DNA of 64,000 nucleotides, taken from assembly GCA_050246315.1 (NCBI GenBank), contig JBFWWG010000014.1, positions 30,911 through 94,910 on the forward strand. The letters run 5' to 3'. This document shows positions 39,638-49,964 of the stretch, in pieces; within the stretch, counting starts at the first letter, position 1, and each line of letters starts with the position of its first letter. The translations under genes and the position numbers were made by a program. Source of the stretch: Nitrospiraceae bacterium. GTDB taxonomy: Bacteria > Nitrospirota > Nitrospiria > Nitrospirales > Nitrospiraceae. Below the pieces are notes generated by a model. That model was given only the letters and a program-made list of their open reading frames with translations, did not search any database and was not told the origin of the DNA.

Positions 39638-40079
39638 GAGCCGGTTTCTCGATTGCCTTCTCCCGGTAAGGATCGAACGGATAGGAAAAGGTCACGGTAT
39701 ATTGTTGCCATTGGCGTGAGGGCTCTTGAAACGGATGGCCATCGAGCGTGAGCCAGGCATGTCCGTCCAATGTTCCCTCCTCCCTCCTCACGCCGCAATG
39801 AAGTCGGACGGGTAACCCCGCTTGTCTGGCACCTCGATACAGGACCACGGAGCGAGGAAAACAACTGCCCTTCGTATTGTAGGGAAAGAGGAGGAGCCAA
39901 CGGTCGACGTAGTGGACAAGATCCTCGACCGGTGTGTGCGCGCCTTCCGTCAAACCGGGTTGAGGCTCCAACAGGCTCAGCACCGTTGGCAGACTCAGAA
40001 AGCGCAACAAGATCCGAACCCAAAGGACGAGCAGACCCACACGGCATACCGTCCAATACTTGGACACCCATCGCGTCAT
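39630..40079 (-). CDS. Lasso peptide B2-type leader peptidase (transglutaminase-like)
   Basis: SCFPRS..LY......G.PV.LHCGV......LDGHAWL (Cys/His catalytic residues). Confidence 0.9.
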   Translation of the reverse strand: MTRWVSKYWTVCRVGLLVLWVRILLRFLSLPTVLSLLEPQPGLTEGAHTPVEDLVHYVDRWLLLFPYNTKGSCFPRSVVLYRGARQAGLPVRLHCGVRREEGTLDGHAWLTLDGHPFQEPSRQWQQYTVTFSYPFDPYREKAIEKPAHG

Positions 40080-40156
40080 GGTTTGCTCAGTGTATCAAGC
40101 CACCATGGGAAATCCAGTTTTCGCGCGTTCTGTTAGGGGAATGACCGGGCCAGCGG

Positions 40157-41584
40157 CTAGGAGGATTCGAACAGCCCCAGCTGCATCTCTTCGGCTTTGG
40201 TGAAGGGAATCGGATAGCGGTCCGTGAAGCAGGCCGAACAGTACCGTTCCGCCGAGCCCGGCGCAGCCTTGAGCATTCCGTCCAAGCTCAAGTAGGCGAC
40301 ACTGTCGGCCGTCACATACTTGCGGATCTCTTCGACCGTGTGGCTGGAGCCGATCAGTTCTCGCTTGGTCGGCGTATCGATTCCATAGAAACAGGGCGCG
40401 ACAATCGGCGGCGAGCTGATCCGCATGTGGACTTCCTTCGCGCCGGCGCTCCGGAGCATCTTGACGATCTTGCGGCTGGTCGTCCCCCGGACGATGGAAT
40501 CATCCACGACGACTACGCGCTTTCCCTCCAACACCTCCGGAATGGCGTTGAGCTTCACCTTCACCCCGAAGTGCCGGATGGATTGTTCCGGCTCGATGAA
40601 CGTCCGTCCGACATAGTGGTTCCGCATCAGCCCGGTTTCGAACGGAACACCCGATCCTTCCGAATACCCGAGCGCGGCCGGCACGCCGGAATCCGGAACC
40701 GGTATCACCAGATCCGCCGCGACCCAGGCTTCCTGCGCCAGTTGCCGGCCGAGGGCCTTTCGTATCTGATAGACCGCATGCCCGCCCCCGAAAATCCTGC
40801 TGTCCGGCCTGGCGAAGTAGACGTATTCGAAGACACACATTGCCGAATTCGATGGGGCGAACGGACGATAGCTGGCGACCTTCTTCTCGTTGATCACAAC
40901 CAGTTCACCGGGCTCGATCTCCCGAACATACTCGGCGTCCAACAGATCGAAGGCGCAACTCTCGGAGGCCACGATCCAACTATCTCGTACCTGCCCCAAG
41001 CAGAGCGGCCGAAATCCGTGGGGATCGCGCACTGCCATCAACCCTTCGTCTGTCATGAGCACGAGCGAGTAGGCGCCCCGCACCTGGCTCAAGGCATCCA
41101 CCACTCGCGCGAGCAGCGTATCCGCCCGCGAATGGGCGATCAGGTGGATGATGACTTCCGTGTCGGAGGTGGATTGAAAGATCGCGCCGTAGGCCTCCAG
41201 CTCATTGCGCAACATCTGCGCGTTGATCAGATTGCCGTTGTGGGCAAGCGCCAGATTGCCCAGGGCGAAATTCACCGTGAGGGGCTGAACATTCTTGAAA
41301 TCGCTGCCGCCGGCAGTCGAGTACCGGTTGTGCCCGATCGCCACGTGGCCGGGAAGCTGAGCCAATACCGATTTGGAATAAATATCCGCGACGAGCCCCA
41401 TCCCCTTTTGCAGATAGAAATGCTGCCCGTCCGAGGACACGATGCCGGAGGCTTCCTGTCCACGATGTTGCAGTGCGTACAGCCCGAGATAGGCCAGATT
41501 GGACGCCTCGGGATGATTGAACACACCAATGACGGCGCACTCGTCGTGAAATTTGTCGGGCGTGACGATCGGTAAGTCTTTCAT
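40157..41584 (-). CDS. purF: Amidophosphoribosyltransferase
   Basis: [31 protein letters not shown] and CFYGIDTP motifs. Confidence 0.97.
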   Translation of the reverse strand: MKDLPIVTPDKFHDECAVIGVFNHPEASNLAYLGLYALQHRGQEASGIVSSDGQHFYLQKGMGLVADIYSKSVLAQLPGHVAIGHNRYSTAGGSDFKNVQPLTVNFALGNLALAHNGNLINAQMLRNELEAYGAIFQSTSDTEVIIHLIAHSRADTLLARVVDALSQVRGAYSLVLMTDEGLMAVRDPHGFRPLCLGQVRDSWIVASESCAFDLLDAEYVREIEPGELVVINEKKVASYRPFAPSNSAMCVFEYVYFARPDSRIFGGGHAVYQIRKALGRQLAQEAWVAADLVIPVPDSGVPAALGYSEGSGVPFETGLMRNHYVGRTFIEPEQSIRHFGVKVKLNAIPEVLEGKRVVVVDDSIVRGTTSRKIVKMLRSAGAKEVHMRISSPPIVAPCFYGIDTPTKRELIGSSHTVEEIRKYVTADSVAYLSLDGMLKAAPGSAERYCSACFTDRYPIPFTKAEEMQLGLFESS

Positions 41585-41585
41585 A

Positions 41586-43838
41586 TCACTGTGGGGCGAG
41601 CGCCCGTTCGACCGCATGGGCCCAGGCGTCATGCAACGCCTCGACCGGAAGATCGATCCGGCAAGGCACCGATGAATCGACCGGAAGCTCGATCACAAGG
41701 CGGTTGCCTCCGACCTTCCCGATCACGGCTGCCGGGACCCCGGCCTCCTCAGCGGTGTGCATCACGAGATCGCGATGCTCCGGCGTGACGGAGAGGACAA
41801 CACGAGACTGGCTCTCGCCGAACAATTGAGCGTCTCGTCTGATGAATTGGGAGCGAGGCAATTGTATCACAGCACCCAACCGAACCCCAGGGGAGGAAAT
41901 GCAGCACTCCGAGAGGGTCACGGCGAGACCTCCGTCCGAACAGTCGTGAGCGGACCGAATCAATCCCCCCCGAATCAACCCGAGCAGGCAAGTCTGCAGC
42001 GCCCGCTCCTTGTCGAGATGGAGCACAGGCGGGCTCCCCTGCTCACGCGCATGCGCCACTTTCAGATACTCGGTCCCTCCCAGGTCCTCGCCGGTCTCGC
42101 CGAGCAGAATGATGTCGTCGTCCACCTGCTTGAACCATTGCGTGACAGCCTGTTCAGCCCGGTCGATCAGCCCCACCATGCCGATCATGGGCGTCGGATA
42201 AATCGAGAGTCCGTTCGTTTCGTTGTAGAGGCTCACGTTGCCGCTGACCACCGGGACGTTGAATGCCTCGCAGGCGTCCTTGATGCCTTCGATACCGAGC
42301 ACCAACTGCCACATGATGTCCGGCCGCTCAGGGTTGCCGTAGTTCAAACAATCGGTGACGCCGATCGGTTCGGCCCCGGAACAGACGAGATTCCGCGCGC
42401 ACTCGGCTACGGCAATCTTCGCACCTTCATAGGGATTCAGCACGCAATAACGGCTGTTGCAGTCCACCGAGGCAGCCAGGGCCTTCTCCGTTCCCTTCAC
42501 CCTGACGACCGCCGCATCCGACCCGGGCCGCACCTGCGTGTTCGTCCGCACCATATGATCGTATTGTTCGTAGACCCAACGCTTGCTGGCGATGGTGGGC
42601 GAGGAGAGTAGGTCCAGCAGGACTTTGTTGGGATCGGTCACATCACGGATCGCATCCCAATTCACCATCTGGAGCATGTCCTGATAGGGAGGTTGGGCCC
42701 GAGGACGATCATAACGCGGCCCTTCGTCGGCCAGGGCCTTGGCGGGGATATCCGCCACGACCGTGTCGTTGTCCTTGACCACGACGCGCCCGCTGTCCGT
42801 TACCTTCCCGATCACCGCAACGTCCAATTCCCATTTCTTACAGATCCGGATGACATCGTCTTCGCGGCCAGCCTTGGCCACCATTAACATGCGCTCTTGC
42901 GATTCCGACAACATGATTTCGTAAGGCGTCATGCCAGGCTCACGGCGCGGAACATGGACCAGCTCGATCTCCACCCCGGTCCCCTCCCGCGACGCCATTT
43001 CGCAGGACGAGCTGGTGAGGCCCGCCGCCCCCATGTCCTGGATGCCCACCAAGAGGTCCTCGCCCATGATTTCCAGGCAAGCTTCAAGCAACAGCTTTTC
43101 GGTGAAGGGGTCACCCACCTGCACAGTGGGGCGCTTCTGCTGGGCCTGGTCGTCAAACGAGTCCGACGCCATTGTGGCGCCGTGAATGCCGTCCCGCCCG
43201 GTCTTCGATCCGACGTAGATCAACGGATTGCCGACGCCGGCCGCCTTGCCGAGAAAGATCCGATCTTTTCGAGCGATCCCCAGGCAGAACACGTTGACGA
43301 GCGGATTGAGCGTGTAGATGTCGTTGAAGACCACCTCGCCGCCCACCGTCGGCACGCCCATACAATTACCGTATCCTGCGATCCCTGAAACGACCCCCTT
43401 CAGGAGGTGACGATTCTTCGAATTGTCCAATCCCCCGAACCGCAGCGAATCCAACAGGGCGACCGGCCTCGCACCCATCGTAAAGATGTCGCGCAGGATG
43501 CCGCCCACCCCTGTCGCAGCCCCCTGATACGGTTCGATAAAGGAGGGATGGTTGTGCGACTCCATCTTGAAGACCGCGCAGAGCCCGTCGCCAATATCCA
43601 CCGCACCGGCGTTCTCCCCGGGTCCTTGCACCACCCGCGGTCCCGTCGTGGGGAGCTTCTTCAGATGGATGCGCGAGCTCTTGTACGAGCAATGTTCCGA
43701 CCACATGGCCGAGAACATGCCGAGCTCGGTGAGATTCGGCTCCCGTCCGAGGATCTCGACGATCTTCTTGTACTCCTCCTCCGTCAGCTTATGCTGCACG
43801 AGAAGGTCTTTGGTGATACTCGGCGTATCCGTTTTCAT
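41586..43838 (-). CDS. purL: FGAM synthase subunit PurL
   Basis: [17 protein letters not shown] and DMGAAGL motifs. Confidence 0.97.
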   Translation of the reverse strand: MKTDTPSITKDLLVQHKLTEEEYKKIVEILGREPNLTELGMFSAMWSEHCSYKSSRIHLKKLPTTGPRVVQGPGENAGAVDIGDGLCAVFKMESHNHPSFIEPYQGAATGVGGILRDIFTMGARPVALLDSLRFGGLDNSKNRHLLKGVVSGIAGYGNCMGVPTVGGEVVFNDIYTLNPLVNVFCLGIARKDRIFLGKAAGVGNPLIYVGSKTGRDGIHGATMASDSFDDQAQQKRPTVQVGDPFTEKLLLEACLEIMGEDLLVGIQDMGAAGLTSSSCEMASREGTGVEIELVHVPRREPGMTPYEIMLSESQERMLMVAKAGREDDVIRICKKWELDVAVIGKVTDSGRVVVKDNDTVVADIPAKALADEGPRYDRPRAQPPYQDMLQMVNWDAIRDVTDPNKVLLDLLSSPTIASKRWVYEQYDHMVRTNTQVRPGSDAAVVRVKGTEKALAASVDCNSRYCVLNPYEGAKIAVAECARNLVCSGAEPIGVTDCLNYGNPERPDIMWQLVLGIEGIKDACEAFNVPVVSGNVSLYNETNGLSIYPTPMIGMVGLIDRAEQAVTQWFKQVDDDIILLGETGEDLGGTEYLKVAHAREQGSPPVLHLDKERALQTCLLGLIRGGLIRSAHDCSDGGLAVTLSECCISSPGVRLGAVIQLPRSQFIRRDAQLFGESQSRVVLSVTPEHRDLVMHTAEEAGVPAAVIGKVGGNRLVIELPVDSSVPCRIDLPVEALHDAWAHAVERALAPQ

Positions 43839-43844
43839 AAGATC

Positions 43845-44165
43845 CTACACATCACACTGACAACGTTTGCTCCTCAAAATCCAGACCTGCTTTCTCGGCG
43901 AATCCACATAGACCTCCTGCCGCGCACCGCCCGTCGCCTGCCTCTTCGCCAACGGGCTTCCATGTCGATAGCCTCGCTCTGTCATCTCCTTCACCAGCGC
44001 CTCATGCCGACCGAACAGCGCTTTCAACTTCCCTTTCCTCTGCAACGTTTCGGGATGCTACGAGTAGCCCTTCTTCCCACCCGCCCAAATCGCGTGCAAC
44101 TCCCGATGCTCACCCAGCAAGTGATTCCGACAGAGCCGCTTCGGCGAAAGATCCCAGATGCGCAT
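43845..44165 (-). pseudogene. Pyrimidine dimer DNA glycosylase/endonuclease V-like gene with in-frame TAG
   Basis: MRIWDLSPKRLCRNHLLGEHRELHAIW...GYS*HPET...GKLKAL..RHEALVKEM..RGY.H; TAG at 44058-44060. Confidence 0.8.
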
Positions 44166-44277
44166 GAGGCATCGCTCGTCAGATCATACTGTGTGAGAAG
44201 CTCTTCACTGCGATAGTCACGAAAATTAGTTCCATTACTTCTACGCTAGCGGCAATCCCAAGAAGAGAGAACAGGAT

Positions 44278-45378
44278 CTACTGGTCCAGCTTTGCTTCAA
44301 TTATCGGCACAACTCGAATGCAGAAGGATTCCAGCTTTTCAAAAGTAGAAATCATGTCGTTCAATCCCTTGACCAATTCTCGAGTGGAGACATTCAAATC
44401 CCTACTGATGCTTTGATTTCTCAAAGCAAGGGCGGCATCCCTCATAGCAGCGACTCCCGCGATCCCTTTCTTGATTCCATCGGCTAGAACAGTCATCACT
44501 TCCTTCAGATTTCCTAATTGCGCACGATGTTGGTCGACACTGGGTTGCATCCAGGTCACATATTGCGGGAAAGCATCTGTCAGAATCTCAACTTGTTTAT
44601 CTAGCGATGGGAGTTTATCGAGAATCCTCGAAGTAAGAACCTTCATATCCTTCGAGGCTGTCAATGCAACTTTATGCGCTTGAGCCGCAGTACCAGGGTT
44701 CGGATTAGATGTTAGAGCTTGGATCCGATTCCCATTCTCAGTGAGTCGCCTATTATAATCACTAACACCTTGGACCATATCGCCGAGGAATTTGGTTATT
44801 TCCTCACCAGCAGCATTGATACCCACTATCCAGTCGAGAAACCCGGTTTCCTCCTCGGTCAACGTCCCATGGAGTCGCTGCGCTGCCTGTGCATCTTGGG
44901 AAACTGGGACCTGAGCCCCTTGCGCAGTAGCAACTTGCAGAAAATCCGTTACAGGGCTTTCAAACGCTATCGCCTGTCTCTGATGTCTCTCACCTATTTC
45001 CCTTAACGCATCTTTGAGCTTGTGGACCTCGTCATATTGCGTGGAATAGCTAATGACTCTATAGGACCGAAGATCGAACGGAACCTCTTCCATGGACTGC
45101 GCAATCAGCACAGTCGGTATGCGAAGTCCATGACAGAGGCCCAACTCATAGAAAACATTTGGATTTACAGCTGTGAGATCTGCTACCACCAACCTAGCTT
45201 CTGAAATCCCTCTTACAACGTCTCGTAATATGTTCCTCTGATCCATGAAACTATCTGCGCGTTCTACCTCGTATCCTGCACTTTCCAGAGCTGGCTTAAT
45301 CAAGTCTTCATAGATTCGTTTGAACTCTTGATGGAATGGCATTAATACAAATGCCCTGGGAGTTGAACCCTCTGGCAT
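44278..45378 (-). CDS. Nucleoside 2-deoxyribosyltransferase/TIR-like domain plus helical C-terminus
   Basis: AFVLMPF...Y..LIKPAL...RAD...LVVADLT..NPNVFYELG...VPFDL; low GC; AAAGGAGG RBS. Confidence 0.8.
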   Translation of the reverse strand: MPEGSTPRAFVLMPFHQEFKRIYEDLIKPALESAGYEVERADSFMDQRNILRDVVRGISEARLVVADLTAVNPNVFYELGLCHGLRIPTVLIAQSMEEVPFDLRSYRVISYSTQYDEVHKLKDALREIGERHQRQAIAFESPVTDFLQVATAQGAQVPVSQDAQAAQRLHGTLTEEETGFLDWIVGINAAGEEITKFLGDMVQGVSDYNRRLTENGNRIQALTSNPNPGTAAQAHKVALTASKDMKVLTSRILDKLPSLDKQVEILTDAFPQYVTWMQPSVDQHRAQLGNLKEVMTVLADGIKKGIAGVAAMRDAALALRNQSISRDLNVSTRELVKGLNDMISTFEKLESFCIRVVPIIEAKLDQ

Positions 45379-45396
45379 ACTGCTACCTCCTTTCCA

Positions 45397-45573
45397 CGGA
45401 GCCATGCTGCGGTGAGCGAATTTGGCCGGAGGAGCGGGGCACCCACCGAGGCTCGGGCCGGCAGGAAAGCGGAAACTGACCGAGTCTGCGAGGGAATTTC
45501 CGAAGGCTTCCGCCGGCCTGAGCCCGAAAGGGTCGCTCCGAGAGGCCCTAAAGCGAACGCCAGCATGGCTCCG
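45397..45573 (-). ncRNA. Rod-like structured element, copy B (unknown family)
   Basis: Perfect 13-bp closing stem cggagccatgctg/cagcatggctccg, an internal bubble and a long imperfect stem; homologous to copy A. Confidence 0.55.
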
Positions 45574-45650
45574 ATCTTTTCCGTGACAAAGTGCGCAATG
45601 GGTACCCGCCAAGGCGTGAAAGCCATCGGCCACGTCCTTACTCCTGCCTT

Positions 45651-45851
45651 TCAAAGCGCTACCTCCAACGGTTCCTTCCCGAGCGCACTGACCTTCAACA
45701 CAGAGAAGCCCAACACATTTCCTGCCTCGTCCACTTTTTCCATCACTTGATCACTGGAGGTTTCACGGAAATAGCCTGGCTTCTGGTCGAAGATCACTTC
45801 AAGATAGTCTCCCTCCGGGTCGTACCAGAGTTTCACTCGTTTTTCGGCCAT
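45651..45851 (-). CDS. DUF2283-like small protein
   Basis: VKLWYDPEGDYLEV.F...GNVLGFSVL; GAGGAG RBS. Confidence 0.75.
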   Translation of the reverse strand: MAEKRVKLWYDPEGDYLEVIFDQKPGYFRETSSDQVMEKVDEAGNVLGFSVLKVSALGKEPLEVAL

Positions 45852-45883
45852 ATATGCGCTCCTCACTCGTTGCTCTGCCAGTG

Positions 45884-46084
45884 TGACTGCCGGAGTCTGC
45901 GTCGCGAATCACACGCTGGCTCGGGCCACCGCACTCGCCGATCAGATGCGTCCGCCAAGCGGCGGCGAGGACTGCCTGCAGGTCGCTTCACGCGTCGCGT
46001 CGAAGCGACCAAGTTCCGCAGCCGAGCGAATGGAGGCATCGTGCGGTCGAGCCGGCGTGTTGAGCAGGCAGACTCCGGCCGTCA
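45884..46084. repeat. 201-bp nested inverted-repeat element abutting the purQ stop
   Basis: tgactgccggagtctgc/gcagactccggccgtca (16/17), inner cacgctggctcg/cgagccggcgtg, and ggtcgcttc/gaagcgacc. Confidence 0.7.
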
Positions 46085-46783
46085 CATACCCACCTTCTTC
46101 ATCGCCTCCAGCATCGACAGGAAAATCAGCCTCCCGTCCTCGTTGCCCAGCAGTTCCTCGGACGCCCGTTCCGGATGCGGCATCATGCCGAGCACGTTGC
46201 CCGCCGCGTTCCTGATGCCGGCGATGTTGTCGAGCGAACCATTGGGGTTCGCCTCCGGCGCCACCTTGCCGTCTGCCGTGCAGTAGCGCAAGACGATCTG
46301 TGCGTTCGCTTGAAGCCCGGCCAAGGTCACCGGATCGGTGTAGTAATTACCGTCCGCATGGGCGATGGGGAGCTTCAGGACTTGACCGGGCTCGCAACGG
46401 CCGGTAAAGGGTGTGGCCGCGTTCTCGACCCGAACGGAGACATCTCTGCAAATAAAGTTCAGCGAGCGGTTGCGCAGCATCACGCCGGGGAGCAACCCGG
46501 CTTCGAGCAGAATCTGAAAGCCGTTGCAGATGCCGAGGACCAGCCTGCCAGCCTTGGCAAACTCCTTCACGGCGCCCATGACCGGCGAGAACCGCGCGAT
46601 CGCCCCCGTGCGGAGGTAGTCGCCGTAGGAGAACCCGCCCGGCAGGACAACGGCGTCGAGGCCGGTCAGGGACGTGTCCCTGTGCCAGACCATCCGCACC
46701 GATTGCCCGAGCAGGTTCTTGAAAACATGCTCGCAATCGTGATCACAATTGCTTCCGGGAAAAACAATGACGCCGATGTTCAT
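46082..46783 (-). CDS. purQ: FGAM synthase glutaminase subunit PurQ
   Basis: [25 protein letters not shown] and MMPHPER motifs. Confidence 0.97.
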   Translation of the reverse strand: MNIGVIVFPGSNCDHDCEHVFKNLLGQSVRMVWHRDTSLTGLDAVVLPGGFSYGDYLRTGAIARFSPVMGAVKEFAKAGRLVLGICNGFQILLEAGLLPGVMLRNRSLNFICRDVSVRVENAATPFTGRCEPGQVLKLPIAHADGNYYTDPVTLAGLQANAQIVLRYCTADGKVAPEANPNGSLDNIAGIRNAAGNVLGMMPHPERASEELLGNEDGRLIFLSMLEAMKKVGM

Positions 46784-46826
46784 CTTTCTTCTCTTCCTCT
46801 ATCCCCTGCACTCTCCAAACAAAAGG

Positions 46827-46928
46827 AGCCGGGCGTGGCTCTATTGCGCGCATCGGCCGCGCGCCGCCCGCTCCGAAATTATCAAGGATCTTGGCGCGCG
46901 GCCTGCAAGCACGGAGATAGGCCCGGCT
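46827..46928. repeat. Intergenic inverted repeat between purS and purQ
   Basis: agccgggc/gcccggct outer arms and ggccgcgcgcc/ggcgcgcggcc inner arms. Confidence 0.6.
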
Positions 46929-46936
46929 GCCGTTGT

Positions 46937-47176
46937 TCACCCCAGCTCGTAACGATATTCTTCAACGACCGTGTTCGCCAGCAGCGTCTCGCACATCTGT
47001 TTGACTTGCGCCTCCGCCTTGGCTCGGTCCTGTTCCTGGACGTCCACCTCCATATATTTGCCGACTCTGACATGGCCCGCGTTCTTGAAACCCAGCGACT
47101 CCAAGGCATGTTCGATGGCCTTCCCTTGCGGATCCAGAATCCCCTGCTTCAACGTGACATGAATTTTAGCCTTCAC
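46937..47176 (-). CDS. purS: FGAM synthase subunit PurS
   Basis: GTG start after AGGAG; VTLKQGILDPQGKAI...LLAN.V.E.Y. Confidence 0.93.
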   Translation of the reverse strand: MKAKIHVTLKQGILDPQGKAIEHALESLGFKNAGHVRVGKYMEVDVQEQDRAKAEAQVKQMCETLLANTVVEEYRYELG

Positions 47177-47424
47177 GGTCGTTTCTCCTGCGAGGATGTT
47201 TGGGACAGCGTGTTGATATAGCGCCTGATCCGAACGATCACGTAGACGGTTGCCACGCCGGCAATCGAGAGGGAAGCGAAGACCCAGCGCCACGGGCTAT
47301 CCGGAAGGTTGATGGCCATCAGGCCGACGGCACCGGCCCACACAAGGATGGCCGCCATCAGCCCATAGTCCATCAATCGTTGGGCGGCCGTCGGTTTCGG
47401 AGAAGGTGGATCAGGCGCAGACAC
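47173..47424 (-). CDS. Small 2-TM hypothetical protein between purC and purS
   Basis: 83 aa with two hydrophobic helices; overlaps both neighbours by a few bases. Confidence 0.6.
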   Translation of the reverse strand: MSAPDPPSPKPTAAQRLMDYGLMAAILVWAGAVGLMAINLPDSPWRWVFASLSIAGVATVYVIVRIRRYINTLSQTSSQEKRP

Positions 47425-48127
47425 GCTTCAGCACCTCTTGATAGGCCTCCTCGATCTTGCCGAGGTCCTTCCGGAAGCGGTCCTTGTCCATGGATTCCTT
47501 GGTCGTCTGGTCCCAAAAACGACAGGTATCGGGAGAAATCTCGTCCGCCAGCAGGAGCCGCCCGTCGTCGAACCCGAACTCCAGCTTGAAATCGACCAGG
47601 ATCATCTTGCGCTCCAGAAAGAAGGGTCGAAACAACTGATTGATCCGCAGAGCTAACCGCTTGATCTCGGCGAGTTGCTCCGGGGTCGCCAGTTTGAGCA
47701 GCCGCACATGTTCGTCCGCAAGCAACGGATCACCCAACGCGTCGTGTTTGTAATACCACTCGACCACAGGCGGTTCGATCGGCTCCCCTTCCTTCAATCC
47801 CAGTCGCTTAGCCAAGCTTCCCGCAACGACGTTGCGCACCACCACTTCCACCGGCACGATGGTGACTTTCTTCGTCAGCATCTCGCGGTCGTTGAGCCGC
47901 TCGAGAAAATGCGTCGGCACGCCGCCCTGCTCCAGCAGGCGGAAGAGCCGTTCGGACACCTTGTTGTTGACCACGCCCTTCTCGACGATCGTCCCGCGCT
48001 TCTGCGCATTAAAGGCCGTGGCGTCGTCCTTGAAATACTGGATCACCTGGTCCGGCCGGTCCGTGGCGAAGATCTGCTTCGCCTTGCCCTCGTACAACAT
48101 CGGCCCCTTGGCTATCGCGCCCATCAT
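47411..48127 (-). CDS. purC: SAICAR synthetase
   Basis: LYEGKAK, LVDFKLEFG and ADEISPDTCRFWD motifs. Confidence 0.97.
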   Translation of the reverse strand: MMGAIAKGPMLYEGKAKQIFATDRPDQVIQYFKDDATAFNAQKRGTIVEKGVVNNKVSERLFRLLEQGGVPTHFLERLNDREMLTKKVTIVPVEVVVRNVVAGSLAKRLGLKEGEPIEPPVVEWYYKHDALGDPLLADEHVRLLKLATPEQLAEIKRLALRINQLFRPFFLERKMILVDFKLEFGFDDGRLLLADEISPDTCRFWDQTTKESMDKDRFRKDLGKIEEAYQEVLKRVCA

Positions 48128-48133
48128 CAGCCT

Positions 48134-49465
48134 CTACTTAGGTTTCACCGCTCGTTGCTTGCCGACCGGAGAAGCGCCAAAGACGCGCCGGTAGATCTTG
48201 CCGAGATGGCGAAGATAGTACATCGGGTCGAAGCACCGCGCGATCTCCTGCCGGCTCAGATGTGTAGTGATAAAGGGGTCCTTCCCCGCCCCCTCTTCCA
48301 GCGGCGGTCCGCCTTTCCACGCCGCCATGGCATTGCGCTGCACGGCTTCATAGGCCTCTTTCCGCTGTGCGCCCTTCTCGATCAGCGCCAACAACAGCCG
48401 CTGCGAATAGACCAACCCACCGGTCAGCTCCAGATTGCGCTTCATGGTTTCGGGGTACACCAGGAGGTTCTTCACCAGGTCGGTGATCCGGACGAGCATG
48501 TAATCGATCAGGATCGTGCTGTCCGGCATGATGATGCGTTCGACTGACGAATGGCTGATATCGCGCTCGTGCCAGAGCGACACATTTTCCATGGCCGCCA
48601 GGCTGTTTGCGCGCACCACCCGGGCCAAGCCGCACAAATTCTCCGAGGCGATCGGGTTCCGCTTGTGCGGCATGGCAGAGGAGCCCTTTTGCCCTTCCGA
48701 GAAAAACTCCTCGGCCTCTAGCACCTCCGTCCGCTGAAGATGCCGGATTTCCGTCGCGATCTTCTCGATGCTCGCCGCGAGCAGCGCCAGCGCCGACTGA
48801 TACGCCGCATGGCGATCGCGCTGGACGACCTGGCTCGACACCGGATCGGGTACCAGACCCAGCTTCTGGCAGACGTACTCCTCGACCTCCGGCCCCTGAT
48901 GGGCGAATGTCCCCATCGCGCCGGAGAGCTTCCCCACTGCGACCTCGGCCCGCACCGCCTTGAGTCTGGCCTGGTGACGTTTCATTTCTTCGAACCAGAT
49001 CGCCAGCTTGAAGCCGAATGAGATGGGCTCGCCGTGGATACCGTGCGAACGGCCGACCATGGCCGTGTCGCGATGCTCCAAGGCTTTGGCCTTGAGCACG
49101 GCCAGCAACGATTCGACGTCGTTCAGAATGATGTCGAGCGCCTGCGTCATTTGCACCGCGAGCGACGTATCGACGATGTCCGAGGACGTCAGCCCCTTGT
49201 GCAAGTGGCGGGCGTCGGGCCCCACCGATTCGGTCAGCGATTCCAGAAACGCGATCACGTCATGCTTCGTGACCAGCTCGATCTCCGCGATCCGCTCCGG
49301 ATCGATCCGCGCCTTCCTGCGGATACGTTTGGCCGTGCCCTTCGGCACCTCCCCGTTGCGCTCGCAGGCCTCGCACGCCGCCAGCTCGACTTCGAGCCAG
49401 ATCTCGTACTTGCGCCGGAGGTCCCAGATGGCCTTCATGCGCGGAAGAGTATAGCGGTCAATCAT
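48134..49465 (-). CDS. purB: Adenylosuccinate lyase
   Basis: MIDRY, GRSHGIH and GSSAMPHKRNP motifs. Confidence 0.97.
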   Translation of the reverse strand: MIDRYTLPRMKAIWDLRRKYEIWLEVELAACEACERNGEVPKGTAKRIRRKARIDPERIAEIELVTKHDVIAFLESLTESVGPDARHLHKGLTSSDIVDTSLAVQMTQALDIILNDVESLLAVLKAKALEHRDTAMVGRSHGIHGEPISFGFKLAIWFEEMKRHQARLKAVRAEVAVGKLSGAMGTFAHQGPEVEEYVCQKLGLVPDPVSSQVVQRDRHAAYQSALALLAASIEKIATEIRHLQRTEVLEAEEFFSEGQKGSSAMPHKRNPIASENLCGLARVVRANSLAAMENVSLWHERDISHSSVERIIMPDSTILIDYMLVRITDLVKNLLVYPETMKRNLELTGGLVYSQRLLLALIEKGAQRKEAYEAVQRNAMAAWKGGPPLEEGAGKDPFITTHLSRQEIARCFDPMYYLRHLGKIYRRVFGASPVGKQRAVKPK

Positions 49466-49511
49466 GGATGCGCTCGCTGATGAAAACCGTGTTGCGCTCG
49501 GACGGGTCCGC

Positions 49512-49964
49512 TCAATTGGTTGAGAGAATCTCGGCCCGCTTAGCGGCTAACCGCGGTTCGGCATTGAGAATCTTGTCGAGCACGCCGTTGACGAAGCCGC
49601 GGGCTTCTTCATCCGCGAAGTCGCGGGCCAGCTCCAACGCCTCGTTGATGCTCACCTTGGCAGGCAGCTCCGGCATCCAGAGCAGTTCATACAGGCTCAG
49701 TCGCAGGATGTTGCGATCCACGATCGGCATCCGGCTGACTTTCCAATTCGTGGCGTAGCGGCCGAGGACCCCGTCCAGGTCCGGCAGGTGCTTGCGGACA
49801 CCGGCCACGAGCCCCGTCGCGAATTCCTTCGCCTCCTCTTCCAGCGGAAACTGCTCCCAAAAATCTTGCTCCCAGGGTCCGCCCTGCTCGTGGATGTCCC
49901 ACTGGAACAACATCTGGAGCGCACGCTCCCGAGCCTCATGTCTGGTCGATGGACGGCGGGTCAT
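49512..49964 (-). CDS. nusB: Transcription antitermination factor NusB
   Basis: [25 protein letters not shown] and FVNGVLD motifs. Confidence 0.95.
   Translation of the reverse strand: MTRRPSTRHEARERALQMLFQWDIHEQGGPWEQDFWEQFPLEEEAKEFATGLVAGVRKHLPDLDGVLGRYATNWKVSRMPIVDRNILRLSLYELLWMPELPAKVSINEALELARDFADEEARGFVNGVLDKILNAEPRLAAKRAEILSTN

Noticed and set aside
40157..41584. purF as the missing lasso cyclase (both relate to the Ntn-amidotransferase fold)
   Set aside because: It is a canonical PurF with a PRT domain in the pur operon and has no Asn-synthetase ATP-pyrophosphatase domain.
44058..44060. TAG recoding (pyrrolysine or alternative code)
   Set aside because: TAG terminates ordinary genes here (purF, purB), so a nonsense mutation is simpler.
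45397..46084. Integron attC sites
   Set aside because: The hairpins lack RYYYAAC/GTTRRRY ends and no integrase is in the window.
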